A stretch of 64,000 nt of DNA from Schizochytrium sp. TIO01 (taxonomy: Eukaryota; Protista; Bigyra: Labyrinthulomycetes): the NCBI GenBank assembly GCA_004764695.1, contig SMSO01000025.1, forward strand, positions 5,496,862 to 5,560,861. Direction: 5' to 3'. The notes under the pieces were generated by a model that worked only from the letters and a program-made list of their open reading frames with translations, ran no database searches and had not been told where the DNA came from. Positions 1-11,421 of the stretch are shown piece after piece. The position numbers and the translations under genes are program-made. The first letter of the stretch is position 1. Each line of letters opens with the position of its first letter.

Positions 1-863
1 CCTTGTATTTGGTCGAGAAGGCCTGCAAGGAGATCTTTGATGAAATCTTGAAGAGCAGACTGAATTGCTTGAAAACGGTTTTCGAACTCTTCGTTTTCAA
101 GTGTAGAGCTCAGCAAGTCCTGGAGCTCTTCAATGAGGTCTTTTGCTTCAGGGCGAATTTCGTGCAATGCATTTGCAATCTGCTCCCCTACGTCTTCAAC
201 GTCTGCCTCGCGTGTTTTCTCACTTGATGTCTTAATTTTGCATGCTAACGAGTGAATAATAGCTCGGACTTCCTCTTTATGGCTCTTTAGTTCTTTATCG
301 CCAAGTGCAAGTAGATCAGAGATCTTGTCTACTACTTCATCGGTCGGTTCTTTTGACTTTGAGGCAAGGTCCTCGCGGAGATCATCGCGTAAATCTCCAG
401 CAGCCTCGCTAGTTGTCTGCGCAGTGACCTTCGCTACTTCCACCCCGATGGCTACCTTCTGGCAGTTCTCCTCAATCCCCTTGACGGAGTTTATTGCACC
501 AGCTTCCACAAGAATGGCAATGGCATCCTTGACCATTCCTTGCACATTTACGTCTTCGATGTCTTCTTTCTCGTTCGCCTCTGCGAGCGTGTTTTGGATA
601 AATTCTTGTAGGCCTTCTAAAGAACTTTTCATTGATGGTGGAGCGTTGCTCAAGGCCCGTGAAATAGGGTCATCCCTGTCAGAATCTGGGGTATCATTGA
701 AGGATTCACGCAAGTTGCTCGCGATGGACTTGACAATCGCATGAACCCGGTCGCGATTCTTCTCAAGATCCGCGTCTCCTCGAATTAGCGATTCTGTGAT
801 GTTCCGGAGTGCCAAACCAGGATCGCACTCCTCAACCACAACCTCGTCCTCGTGGTTCACCAT
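1..863 (-). CDS. Partial CDS (runs off the left edge of the window): acidic, alpha-helical protein with an internal ~159-aa repeat, function unknown
   Basis: Manual translation from ATG at 863 gives 287 open codons to the window edge (MVNHEDEVVVEECDPGLALRNITESLIRGDADLEKNRDRVHAIVKSIASNL...KISDLLALGDKELKSHKEEVRAIIHSLACKI...LQDFIKDLLAGLLDQIQ). It is missing from the ORF track because its stop lies outside the window. The + strand ORFs 3..227 and 325..744 are its antisense shadows. Confidence 0.8.
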   Translation of the reverse strand, partial: MVNHEDEVVVEECDPGLALRNITESLIRGDADLEKNRDRVHAIVKSIASNLRESFNDTPDSDRDDPISRALSNAPPSMKSSLEGLQEFIQNTLAEANEKEDIEDVNVQGMVKDAIAILVEAGAINSVKGIEENCQKVAIGVEVAKVTAQTTSEAAGDLRDDLREDLASKSKEPTDEVVDKISDLLALGDKELKSHKEEVRAIIHSLACKIKTSSEKTREADVEDVGEQIANALHEIRPEAKDLIEELQDLLSSTLENEEFENRFQAIQSALQDFIKDLLAGLLDQIQ

Positions 864-1993
864 GACTACAACGGTGCAACGAGCCTTACAAGTCGAATTT
901 CTCAAATCGGATCCCTCCCTCAACCTACTGCACTTTCGTCGTGGATGATGTATGGAAATAGCCAAGGCTAGCAAGCAAGCCAAGTTGTTGCTCTAGCTCT
1001 TTTTCTGAGGCTTCGTATTCAACCTCCCTCTCGAGTCGCCGAGCAGCAATACAGCAATCAGGTTTTGCAGCAACTTAAATGACCGCAGGGAGCTTCTGCG
1101 CAGCTGAAGAACCCGAAGCTCTCGATGATTCACTTTTGCGCCTCCCGAAGCTATGGGCTTGGAGCGAGTTTGCTGTCTTTATGTTTACTTGGATCTCAGG
1201 CCTCTTACTTTTATAGTAGGTAGCTTTGGGGTCCCATGGTTACTTCATCGTAGTGCTATTTAGATCACCTAGTTACGTAGGTACTTAGTGAGAAGGGAAA
1301 AATATCTGATCAATGAGTTTGGAGATGAGCAGCAAATTCCACAATTCCACGGAGCTGAACGCAGCATTTATGAAATTCGAGATATGCTTTGCAATATCTG
1401 GTACGTGAAAACCAAAATTTTAATGTTAAAGACCAACTATTCATCCACAAAATATTCATTTCTATTATTTCTATGATGAGGACCAAGTCATAAAGGACAG
1501 AAAAGTGCTTCGCTCCCTGCATATACAATAACCCATCAGCCCGCCAGAGACCAATTAAAGGCTACAGAAGAACGTTGATGGAGGCAGAAGATAAATCTTA
1601 TCATTTGGCGCTTTCGTGTTAGCAAACTCTCTACCATATCTCGGAGAAAGTTTCAAGATCAATAGATGCACTTTTAAAATGATAAACTAGGCAACAAAGA
1701 AAGAAAAAAAAAGGGAAAAAACTTGAAAGGGAAAAAAAAGGATCCGTTGAGGTGTATGTTCTGAACTAATATAAATGCCCAGACGAGAGCGCAGCTGCTG
1801 GAGTTCAACATCGCTACCTGCCAGGCAATGCACGAGCTGACTCCTGACAAGTGCTGCCAGCGCCGCCATAACAGCTTGATTCCCGTCGCACTATATCAGC
1901 AAGGAGGGTAAGCTTGTTGTTGTTGCCTTGCGTAAAGCAAGCGCGGTCTGATTTGGTCAAAAGAAATAAACTTAAAACACGTATCAATGCAAA

Positions 1994-4900
1994 ATGAGCT
2001 CACCATCTCCATCATCAAGGTCAGTACAGCGAGCCGAGCTTGTAAACATTGGCTCTGATGCGGTTTTAGAGGAGAAGACAGGCCGTTCAACACCAGCAGA
2101 TTCGAAGATGCCGTCATCAAATAGTAAGCGTGGGAAACGATCGAAACACCAAGCAGAGGGCGCCAAACAGAAGTATGAAATCAGGGACGAAGACGTTGTG
2201 CCACGAAAACATGCGTCTGGATTTTCAAAACTATCAGGCCAGAATCTCTCGAATAAGCTAAGACTTGCACGACTTGGTGGTAATTTATGGAACTCAAACT
2301 TGCCGCAAGCACCCAGCTTGCAAAGCCCTGAGCCGCCTTATCCGACGCCTCATGGAGACCCACTAAGCCCAGATGCATTTACTCGCAAACAACGGCACAA
2401 CCATGACGCAGAAACAGATGATCGGGCCTTGCGTGTGGATCCAGAAGGACAATACGCGCGCCAGACTAAGGAGAAAACCTGGCAGCAAATTGGACGAATT
2501 GAAAGTGCTCTAGAGAGACCTGCAACAAGAAGGGATATCGCGCTACTTGATAAGCAATTCGATCGAGCGGTGCATGCAAGCCAACGCGAAATCCGTCAAA
2601 CTCGTAAGCCGGGTACAGGGCTTATGGCTGAGGCACGAATGGAGCAAGATATTGTCGCAGTTAAAGAGTTTTCGCGAAAACTTGTAGAACGACCTCAAGT
2701 GATGAGCCAAGAAAGTAGTCACGGGGACCATCTCGAAATCCTTCAGGAATCAAGCGAGGGAGAAGACCTCAATGCTATATGTGAAGATTGGGAAGTAGAG
2801 CTAGCCAATGTCCACGGTGTTCAATTTGGTCTTCGATCCAAGCAGCGAGATCTTGAGCTACAAAATATGCTTGCGGCATCCTTCTTTGAAGAGAAATGGT
2901 CCGATTTGATCCTCGGCGAACTACAGTCTCAAGTTACAATTTCATGTCTCGAACAGGGCCAGCTACTAGCAAAGGTTCGTGCTCAACTTGCCATGAGCTT
3001 TTCCACACTTTCAGATGCCCAGAGTCTTTCCTTGCAGGAGCTGCACGACACAGTCCGAGCCATGTTATTCTATAAAGAAAAGGCTTCTGAGCTTGCGCTG
3101 CAGCAACGCACTATTCGCGAAGAGGTTGCAAAGGAGTATCAAACTAAGATTGTGCAAACCGAAGCTCGGGCTCGAGAACGATACGCTGAGTATGAACAGC
3201 AAATCAAACTTGTGAAGGCTTCGCAGAAACGCATGGCGGACACGCTTGCAGCATTGAATGGCATTTATCGCAAAATGCGAGATGATGCAGAGACAATGAG
3301 AAATCTTGATGCAGTGGATGCCTGTGATAAATTAGAAAAGAAACTCATCAAAGCACAGAGCGAGCTTGACGAACTTAGACCCTTACGAGCACAGTGCGAA
3401 GAGCTTACACGCACTGTCGATAGGCAAGCAAGTACTATTGAGGATCAAGTCAAGACTATTGAGAATCTTAAAGAGGAGTTAGAACAACGAAATGGTTTAG
3501 TTCAAAGCCTTATGGACCAACACAGTGCTCACCTCAGCCTTGAAGAGCTCGGCAAAGAACACAGTGCAACAGGAGTCAAACATGCGTCAGATGAGACCTT
3601 TGAGGACTCTGAGGAAGAGGAAGGAAGAGTCTGATGAAGATGATGAGGAAGAAGATGATGAAGAGGCCGATGGAAACTCCGAGGATGAAGAGACAAATGC
3701 AGCAGGTGACCCTGAGGCCGTTGTAGACACCCCCGAAGAGGGTGAGGAAGCTGTACAGGGTGCTCTTGAAACTTCAAAGGCTTCCAAAAAGGGTGGAAAG
3801 AAGAAAAAGAAGGTCGCTAAGAAGGGAGGCAAAGGTGCTGGCAAAGGCAAGAAGAAGAAGAAGGGCACTGGCAAGAAATCAAAGAAAAGCGAGGACACTC
3901 CCTTTATTACCTCGAAGAAACTGCGTAAGACCACTGATACATCTAAGATACCCGACGAGGGAGACATTCGCTTTGGCGTTCCAGGGGCATCCGGGGAAAT
4001 TAGAGAAGGGATGGATCTACCTAGCACAGCTAAAACGTTTCTCTGCCCACGCTGTAATGTGGCATTAGATCGAGCAGGGAATATTGACGAGGCTGCAATG
4101 GCGAATAGTGATAACCGCCTTGCATGCGAGGGGTATCGAATGTTACTGCCCAACCTCATGGGATATCGCCCCGAGCGCTCCCGACAATGGGTTCTGCGGT
4201 GTATGCGCAGCATAATTCGCGCAAAGCGTTGTGCTGATTTCTCAGCAGCTAGAATGGGTAAACCAAAGATGAGATTTCCTGAATTTGTTTACATGTGGTT
4301 TACTCCACGCAAGGAGCGTCTCGATGAGTTGCAGTCTTTTGAGGGTCAAGAAGCCGTATTGCTTGCGAAAGCTGAGGCTGATGAGAGTCGATGGGGCCTT
4401 TACTATGGGTTGAAGCGTTTAGCAAAGGAGCTTCCTGAAGCCAGGGTTTTTTATACCTTTCTTGACGAAAAATACGGTGAGGACGATTTTGCGTTTTACC
4501 TTCACTGTCTGACGATAATGGAGGCTGTTGTGAATGAGCGTCGTGGGAAATTTGATTGGGGTTTTAACACGAATGCATGTGATTACGATGCTATGCATGA
4601 ATTAGAAGAAGAGCAGGGAGGAGCTGATGAAATCGATGACTTCATCTTTGTTGAAATACGCCATGCAGTTGAAGTGACAGAAAGAGTCATGAAGCGGGCC
4701 ACAGAAGACGACTGCAAGCGTGCAGTCAAAACATTGGTAGAAAACGCTGTCCAGGAAGAAATTCGCATCACGCCTACTACAGGTCAGCGAATTATTGATA
4801 TTAACGTTTGTCTTCGGGTCTTGTTGCAAGAATACCGAGATGAACAAGCACACCGCCGTGCAGCTCTACGAGTCATGTTTGGTTGTGCATCCTCTGGGCC

Positions 4901-7286
4901 AGAGGAGCAAATTTTTAACAAAGTGGTTGACCTTGGGCAAATGGTTACCATTGTTCAAACATTGAACTCTCGAGCAGGTCCGGCTGAGGCTGTAACTTTG
5001 TATCGCATGGCATACGAGATTGGCCGTGGAAAGGTCAATATCGACGCCTTCACACAAGCTGCAAACCGTTTGAACTTTTTCACAGATTGCCTTCGACTAC
5101 CTTCACATTTTGGTACTGAAGCCCCGAACACTCTGTCCGCAGCTCAATGCGCCCAGCTGGGTACAATTGTACGAAAACAAATGGCTCTCATTCGTCCTAT
5201 TGTAGATACATTTTTACAACGCCTTGATCCTCCGGCACGACGCCAGCTTCAACATTTAGTGTACGATGTGGCAGACGAATTAGAACGCGGAGGGGTTCAG
5301 TTAGATGGGCGACGAGCCTTATGTGCAATTCGTCGCCTCTTGTTCTTCCTCGTTGGTGAACGAAATGGTCATCGTGAGCTCTTTGGTGAGCAAGATCGTA
5401 CTGGAGATGTGGCAGTGGTGAATGCCAAGCGCGAGCTTGAAGTTTTGTGCACAATTTTGCGCGACTTTAATAAGGATGATCGTGAGGAGCGCATGGAAGA
5501 GCTTCAACTGAAGAGCTCTGCAGCAAGAATTCAAAAGAAATGGCGTGCTCGGCAGGAGCTCGCTCCGAATGTTCCTCATGGAATGCGCAAGTTATTGAGT
5601 GCATGTTTCGAGCCTGGCATCATTATTGAGATTCCTTCGCATGCCAAGATGGGGCCAGCTTCGCCAAGTTCGCCACAGCAGTCAAAGTCTCAAGCAACCG
5701 AAGCACAGCCAAAAGAAGGAGAAGCGGAAGCTAAGGTTCGTCGACGCCTGCTGCGCGCACCTGCACTACCGGAGCAATTTGTACTCGTCTTTTTGGAGGA
5801 TGTCTACCGATTCAAGGTAAATTTAGACACTATGATTGGCCAGACTATGACTTTAGAAGAGGCAGTGCACGGCACAGCAATGTCGTTGTTTGGTATTCGC
5901 GTTTTTGCGGAACGGTTCATTCATGACTTTTTCTTCAGCGTCCATCAACATGCCAAGGCGAATCTTCGCATTCGTCTTTTTGCACGATTTACTGGTGTTC
6001 GTACTCCTGCATTGTTGCCACCCAAACCAAAGTCAGCACTTGACCCCATTTTTGATATGGATAGTATGCGTAAGCTAGAGCACGAAATTGGTTATGGATT
6101 AGAGAATGATTGGTCCCATGAACCCATGACCCGCATTTGGCCAAAGGCTTTGCAATGCGTTGAAGCTGCTCATACTTATGTTGCTGCGTTGACAGCTGTC
6201 CACCAAGCTGCTGGATGCGAACCTTCAGATCCTCTGTTTGTGGACAAGTTGCCCTTACCCAAAGCAATTGGCGTGGTCAAGGCTGTGTTTCGCGATGCTT
6301 GCAATCCTTCTAAGCATCGTCCGTGTGGTCTTCAGCCATCAGCTCGGGTTGTAGAAGAATGCATGACCCGGTTGGAGCGATTGCCAATTTCAGGTGGCAA
6401 AATCGAAGCTGAGAAGCTTATTCTGATTATTTTGCAAGGCTGGCACGCAGAACAAATTTACCGTGCACGAAGTTTGCATGCAATTTATGAGCCAGGTGAA
6501 ACCCCGAAGGACGCTGTAGTGTCTTTGGTTGAATTCTCTGAAGGGTATGCCCCGAATATGCTCGATGTGAATTTATCGGTCCAACCGCTTCATGTTCTAA
6601 GCATGTACCGTGAATTAACGCAATTTAGTGAGCCGTTTACGTCCTTACAGCCGGACATGGTACAGTCAGCACTCCACGCGCAACACAAGAGTACTTGGGC
6701 TCCTCGACCTATTCGTAACTCTGGCAGCGTGGGCAGCAATGGTGTTGCAAAAAGTGCATTGAGCTTGATGGCGTCTGTACATGAAGGCCGTTGGCAGCTC
6801 CTAGTATATTACTGGCAGCCTCTGGAGGTAACAATCAATGAAGTTGTCATGCAGCTGAAGAATGAGCTACCAACACGTAATTTGAAGCTTTCTTCGAAAA
6901 AGAAGCGTGCCAAAATGCGTCAAGAGGACATTGATCGTGAGGATGACGAGTATGCTCGTACGTTGGAAAGAAGACGTATTTTATGCAACCGTTTGGACGA
7001 AGCTTTGGAAATTTTCGTGTACAATTATGGAGAGCTCTTGAATGGAGGTGCGCAGGTTCGGAACGAAACAAACGTAGAGGATGTATGGGTTAATTTGCGA
7101 AGCTTTTTGCACGTGTTACAGTTGGCTCGTTTGGAAATTGATGAGGCTAGCGAGCCCATTGCTGATCGTTGGGATCAGGAGCGTTTAGAGCGAATGAGGC
7201 CGCCTGAGAAGGAGCCGATGCCTTCTCCACCGCAGGGTAACGTGCTATCGGGAAAGAAAAAAGCTAGTAATGCTGCTGCGCAGTGA
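1994..7286 (+). CDS. Large axonemal dynein light chain domain-containing (AXDND1/p28-like) coiled-coil protein with acidic/basic linker and IQ motif; one frameshift at ~3623 joins ORF 1994..3634 to ORF 3525..7286 (~1763 aa)
   Basis: N-terminal motifs PATRRDIALLDKQFD and GELQSQVTISCLEQGQLLAKVR match the p28/Ax_dynein_light pattern (PATRxDV..L; DELIRQVTxxCxERGxLLxxVR). A long coiled coil follows. The acidic tract DSEEEE|EESDEDDEEEDDEE continues across the frame change, followed by a Lys-rich tract and the IQ-like SSAARIQKKWRARQE. Confidence 0.75.
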
Positions 7287-7312
7287 AAACTGGACAGTTG
7301 ATTTTTCTTTTT

Positions 7313-7540
7313 AAATGTAAACTTCAAGATTTAATGTCCTTAACTAAATAAATGTGTACATCTTTTTCTCATAGATATGTAGATATGTTAGCGAACGAAT
7401 CGGACGAAGCAGAATTATTGCACTTTAATTTGCAAATGTAAACTTAGATATTCAACGTCATTGGCTATGATGAATATACATCATTACCTCATGGATCTGT
7501 TGCGCTCTTCTACTAACGGCGATGAAGAAAAATTATTGCA
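7313..7540 (+). repeat. Diverged tandem duplication (~110-bp units at 7313-7422 and 7434-7540) just downstream of the AXDND1-like stop
   Basis: Both units begin aaatgtaaactt, share tacatc...ctcat(a/g)gat(a/c)tgt, and end aattattgca. Confidence 0.65.
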
Positions 7541-9248
7541 ATAGTCTTTCCTACCAAATCAAAAAACCATTTCAGTTGAAAAGAAGAATTATTCTCGGCA
7601 GTTGGTAGCATCGTGGTAGTCATCAACTCTTGTCAAAGGTAGTAGACTATGATGCCAAAGGGAAATTCACAATTAAGCAATCGATGTCGCTGCAACTTTC
7701 ACCTTGCACAATGCGTCTAGCTGGTCTTGTTAGTAGAGCTCATAGATCCTCCAAAGCACAAGGTTAATACTTTACCAGTGATTCAGATCGCTTCATACCG
7801 CCAGTGACAAAACAGGGGTCATAAAGCTCATTTTTGATGGATCAAGCTGCCTAATCTTGTGAAATGCCAGCGGCAGTCATCCCGATCTGCTGTTGAACAG
7901 ACTGGATGACTGAACTAAAATTAAGAAGATAAGCGCAGCAAGGCTACTCTTACTTACAATAATGCCATTTTACCTGTATAAGTTAGGGGGTTGGATAGAT
8001 GCCGTCTATTTACATTTTATGTTTGGATGACGCTTAGTGAGCCCTATCCCATCTTCCATACTAAGTTGAAGTTTAAAATATCGTTGGCCATCTTTCATGT
8101 GCTTGTAAAATGCAAAATGCGAGAAACGTTGAGTTGTGATGAAGATAGGCATACAGATACGAAAACAAAAACACCAAGCGTTAAAAGTGATATGTTTGTA
8201 ATGTTTAGGTTTAGTAGAGAATCATATGTGATATTTAGAGGACCACGTGGTGGTGATGATTACGATGATGATGCAGATTGGAAATGGCAGGTGATGCAAG
8301 ACAAGTCGGCGAGCAAGTTGTGCTTTCACTTAGCCTCACCTGGCGTTTGTGGAAGACAGACGAATGAGGAAGTAAGGCATACAGGGCCATGTTAGGAGCC
8401 CACATCGCAAATGGTTGTCGAAAAGTTGCTAAATTTGCAGTGAAAGAAATGACCTCACCAGAGAAGATAGATGGCAGCGCCCGCCATATCATTCTGAATC
8501 TAGTACATGGTCTTTCACCATGTACTACATGATCAAGCTAGGAAAAGTGAATAGTACACTTTATGATGTATATATGAATGTAGTTGGTTTTGTCAGGGGG
8601 GAACACTAAATGACTATGATCCTTGTTGCATCATCATTTAGACCAATTCCTTAGCCAATGTCGATCCCAGGAGTGATCCACGATAGCGGGGGGCAAATGC
8701 GCTATGCCTGAGGACGAGCTTGGTTTGTTTGCTCCATTCATCGTCGCCCAGAACTACAGAAAAACTTGCGCGGATGGATGGTATAAGCAAGAGCTGGTTG
8801 AACTGATAGAATGAGTGGGCAGTTCTACCGCCCACCGCCCCCTCCCTTTCTTTTTCCACATTTGCAATTGAGATGCCCCTCAAAAGCGAGAACAGCTATA
8901 CATGCTGGCATTTATTATTATTTTTTTTTTTGGGGGGGGGGAGGAGGGGGGGATCTGCAAGCAGTGCGCGAAAATTTGTGAAGTGATGTGATAGTCTTGC
9001 TTTGAAGTCGCCGTGGCCAGCTCATGACAGTTGTGAAACTTGACATCAAAGCAAGTGAGCATCACCTGAGGTATGAGGAACTTGGCCGAGCCACGTCTGG
9101 CGTTGGGTGTATTTTATGTTTGAAATGCTGTTGTTGTGCGTTGTGGTTTGTTGTGTGAAAGAAGAAGAAAGGAGAAGAGGAAGAGGGATTGCGGTCTATT
9201 CGCTCGACGAGAAGAACAGGTTCGTCGGGCATAATGAGGCAGTTTAAT

Positions 9249-10742
9249 CTAAAGGCTCATCAACATGGGCTTGGACATGTAGGCCTGGAAGACCTGAAGG
9301 TACTGGCCAAGAGTGCGGTCATCCACGACGCGACGGTCAGCGGAAACCTGGACAGTGAGAACGTTGACAACACGCATGTCAGCAGGGTCGTCAGTAGGGC
9401 AGACGAACTCCTGGCGACCGCCACCCACAGCCATAATGGCGGAGTGAGGCGGGCTAATGACGGCAGTGAAGTCATTAATGCCAAACATACCGAGGTTGGA
9501 CACAGCAAAGGAGCCACCTTGGAACTCCTCGAGCTTGAGCTTGTTGCTGCGAGCGCGGCCAGCGAGGTCCTTCATGTCAGCAGAGATCTGCATGACACCC
9601 TTCTGGTCGGTGTTCTTGACGATAGGTGTAATGAGACCAGTGGGTGTAGCAACGGCAACTGCAACGTCTACGGACGAGTTCTGCACAATAGATCCGTCAG
9701 GCTCCACGCGGCAGTTGACGGTGGGCACATCACGAAGAGCAAGCGCGGCTGCCTTGAGGATCATGTCGTTGATCGAAGGTGCCGATCCAAGGGTAGCCTT
9801 GAGCTCCTTGCGCATCTTAAGAATCGCATCAATTTCACAGTCAATGGTGGCATAAAAGTGAGGGCGAGACTGCTTTGACTCTGACAGCCTGCTGGCAATA
9901 ACCTTACGCATGTTGGTGAGCGGGATGTCCTCGTACTCGCGCTCCGGCTCAGACTCCGGAAGTCCGTTCGCAGCGGCTCTGGTAACGCCCTGAGGCTGCT
10001 TCTGCTGGGTCTGCTGCTGAGCCTGAGGCTGCTTCTGCTGGGCCTGCTTTGGCTCCTGAGCTTGCTTCTGGGGTGCGGCAGAGTGCTGATCCACGGGTTT
10101 CTTACCTTCCACGGCGCGAACAGCATCTTCTTTGCTCACAATAGCAGTTCCAGAGGGGCTCTTGGCGGAGCCATGGATCTTTTTGGCATCAACACCGAAG
10201 GTCGCAAGAATCGCAGCAGCCGCAGGGGATATGAGCTGCTTATCAGGCACGGGACCTTCATCCGCAGCAGCTTGTGTTGATGCCGAAGAGGTGGAGGTCG
10301 AAGCTGAAGATTCGGATGAAGTTGAAGGTGTAGATGAGGATTTGGAGGTGAGGAAAGAGAGGTCCATCTTGTTGACAGCCTCTGCGATGTCCTTGGAGTC
10401 AGCGATAACAGCGATGGTCTCTCCCACGGCGATGTCTCCGCCCTCGCCAGCGTTAATGAGGATCTTGGCGAGCACGCCGTCGTCTTGTGCTTCGAAGTCC
10501 ACGGTGGCCTTGTCGGTCTCAATCTCGGCGAGCACGCTGCCAGCCTCGAAGGAGTCCATCTCGCGAAGGTTCCATGCGGCGACGCGGCCGCTCTCCATCG
10601 TCGGAGAGAGTGCCGGGAGAGGCACGGCGCTGGCGCCCTCAGGCAGCTTCTGCGCAGAGCTCATGAGGCGCCAAGAGGATGCCCAGGACAACCGCACGCG
10701 AGCCGCATGGCTGCCGCGCAGAGCTGAAGCCGCACGAAGCAT
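9249..10742 (-). CDS. PDHX: Pyruvate dehydrogenase complex E3-binding protein (component X)-like, mitochondrial
   Basis: Arg/Ala/Ser-rich presequence; one lipoyl domain (PALSPTM...EIETDKATVDFE, lipoyl-Lys); E3-binding domain (ISPAAAAIL...IVSKEDAV); acyltransferase-like core with PHFYATIDC and GGSFAVSNLGMFGINDFTAVI. The active-site motif reads DRRVVDD instead of the E2 DHRxxDG, matching the E3BP pattern (DSRVVDD in mammals). Confidence 0.8.
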   Translation of the reverse strand: MLRAASALRGSHAARVRLSWASSWRLMSSAQKLPEGASAVPLPALSPTMESGRVAAWNLREMDSFEAGSVLAEIETDKATVDFEAQDDGVLAKILINAGEGGDIAVGETIAVIADSKDIAEAVNKMDLSFLTSKSSSTPSTSSESSASTSTSSASTQAAADEGPVPDKQLISPAAAAILATFGVDAKKIHGSAKSPSGTAIVSKEDAVRAVEGKKPVDQHSAAPQKQAQEPKQAQQKQPQAQQQTQQKQPQGVTRAAANGLPESEPEREYEDIPLTNMRKVIASRLSESKQSRPHFYATIDCEIDAILKMRKELKATLGSAPSINDMILKAAALALRDVPTVNCRVEPDGSIVQNSSVDVAVAVATPTGLITPIVKNTDQKGVMQISADMKDLAGRARSNKLKLEEFQGGSFAVSNLGMFGINDFTAVISPPHSAIMAVGGGRQEFVCPTDDPADMRVVNVLTVQVSADRRVVDDRTLGQYLQVFQAYMSKPMLMSL

Positions 10743-10960
10743 GCTTGTTTATTTGGAGGCTGCTGTCGAGCTGCTGCCGGTAGTGTGCTGTCGAGCGGAG
10801 TCCGCAAGGGTCTCGGCTTTCTTTGTTTGCCTTGCTCTGATTCGATCTGGAGATCGAAAATGAGTGAACGAGTTTTAGTTAGTTTTTACTTCTTTTTTTT
10901 TTTTCTTTCTTTCTTAAAAAAATAAAATAAATAAGTAGTAGTCTTTTTTCAATTGGTTAG

Positions 10961-10969
10961 CCCTGGCTA
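10961..10969 (+). repeat. Left terminal inverted repeat CCCTGGCTA, preceded by TSD TTAG (10957-10960)
   Basis: Reverse complement of 15441-15449. Confidence 0.9.
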
Positions 10970-11201
10970 AATTCAAAATGTCCCGAATTATGTCCGCAAA
11001 ATATTTTTGACTAAAATCGCCAGAAAACCCTGTAAAGATCTAAAATCGTAAATTTGATTGTATGATCATGTTGAAACAACTGTTTCCCTAAACTGAGCAC
11101 GATTTCTTTGCAGAAGCAAGCGTATTGAGCTCACGCTACTCGTCCAAAAATTGGCTCACAACCTCGATAAAACGGCCTAATAGGGCAAATAGGCCTTTAG
11201 A

Positions 11202-11228
11202 TTTTCAGGACGTAATACGTCCTGAAAA
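11202..11228. repeat. Subterminal palindrome TTTTCAGGACGTA-A-TACGTCCTGAAAA (probable transposase-binding site)
   Basis: Perfect 13-bp arms with a 1-nt centre; homologous to the palindrome at 15411-15441. Confidence 0.8.
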
Positions 11229-11421
11229 ACTGAACTTTGCATTAGCGAAAACGTATAAGAGTTTGGGTATTTTGGTTAGTTTAATAGTTTAGTTAATATA
11301 AACAATAGTAGTTTATTTTTGCGTTGCTCAAGTCGGAGAAACATCTAAAGATGAAGATTTCGCGATAAATGAAGATTTTATATAAGCTAAATGTAATATT
11401 AATTTTTTGTGTGGATAATTT

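Noticed and set aside
3-744. + strand ORFs 3..227 and 325..744
   Set aside because: Antisense shadows of the minus-strand CDS starting at 863.
3525-7286. ORF 3525..7286 as an independent gene
   Set aside because: It starts at a GTG inside the upstream ORF, and the acidic tract is continuous across the junction. One gene with a frameshift explains it better.
8371-8535. Short frame SKAYRAMLG...KFAVKEM resembling kinase subdomains I-II
   Set aside because: No glycine loop, HRD or DFG motifs, and the frame closes quickly; too weak to call.
9189-10863. + strand ORFs overlapping the PDHX-like gene (9189..9878, 9457..9855, 10132..10863)
   Set aside because: Antisense frames kept open by the GC-rich codon bias of the real gene.
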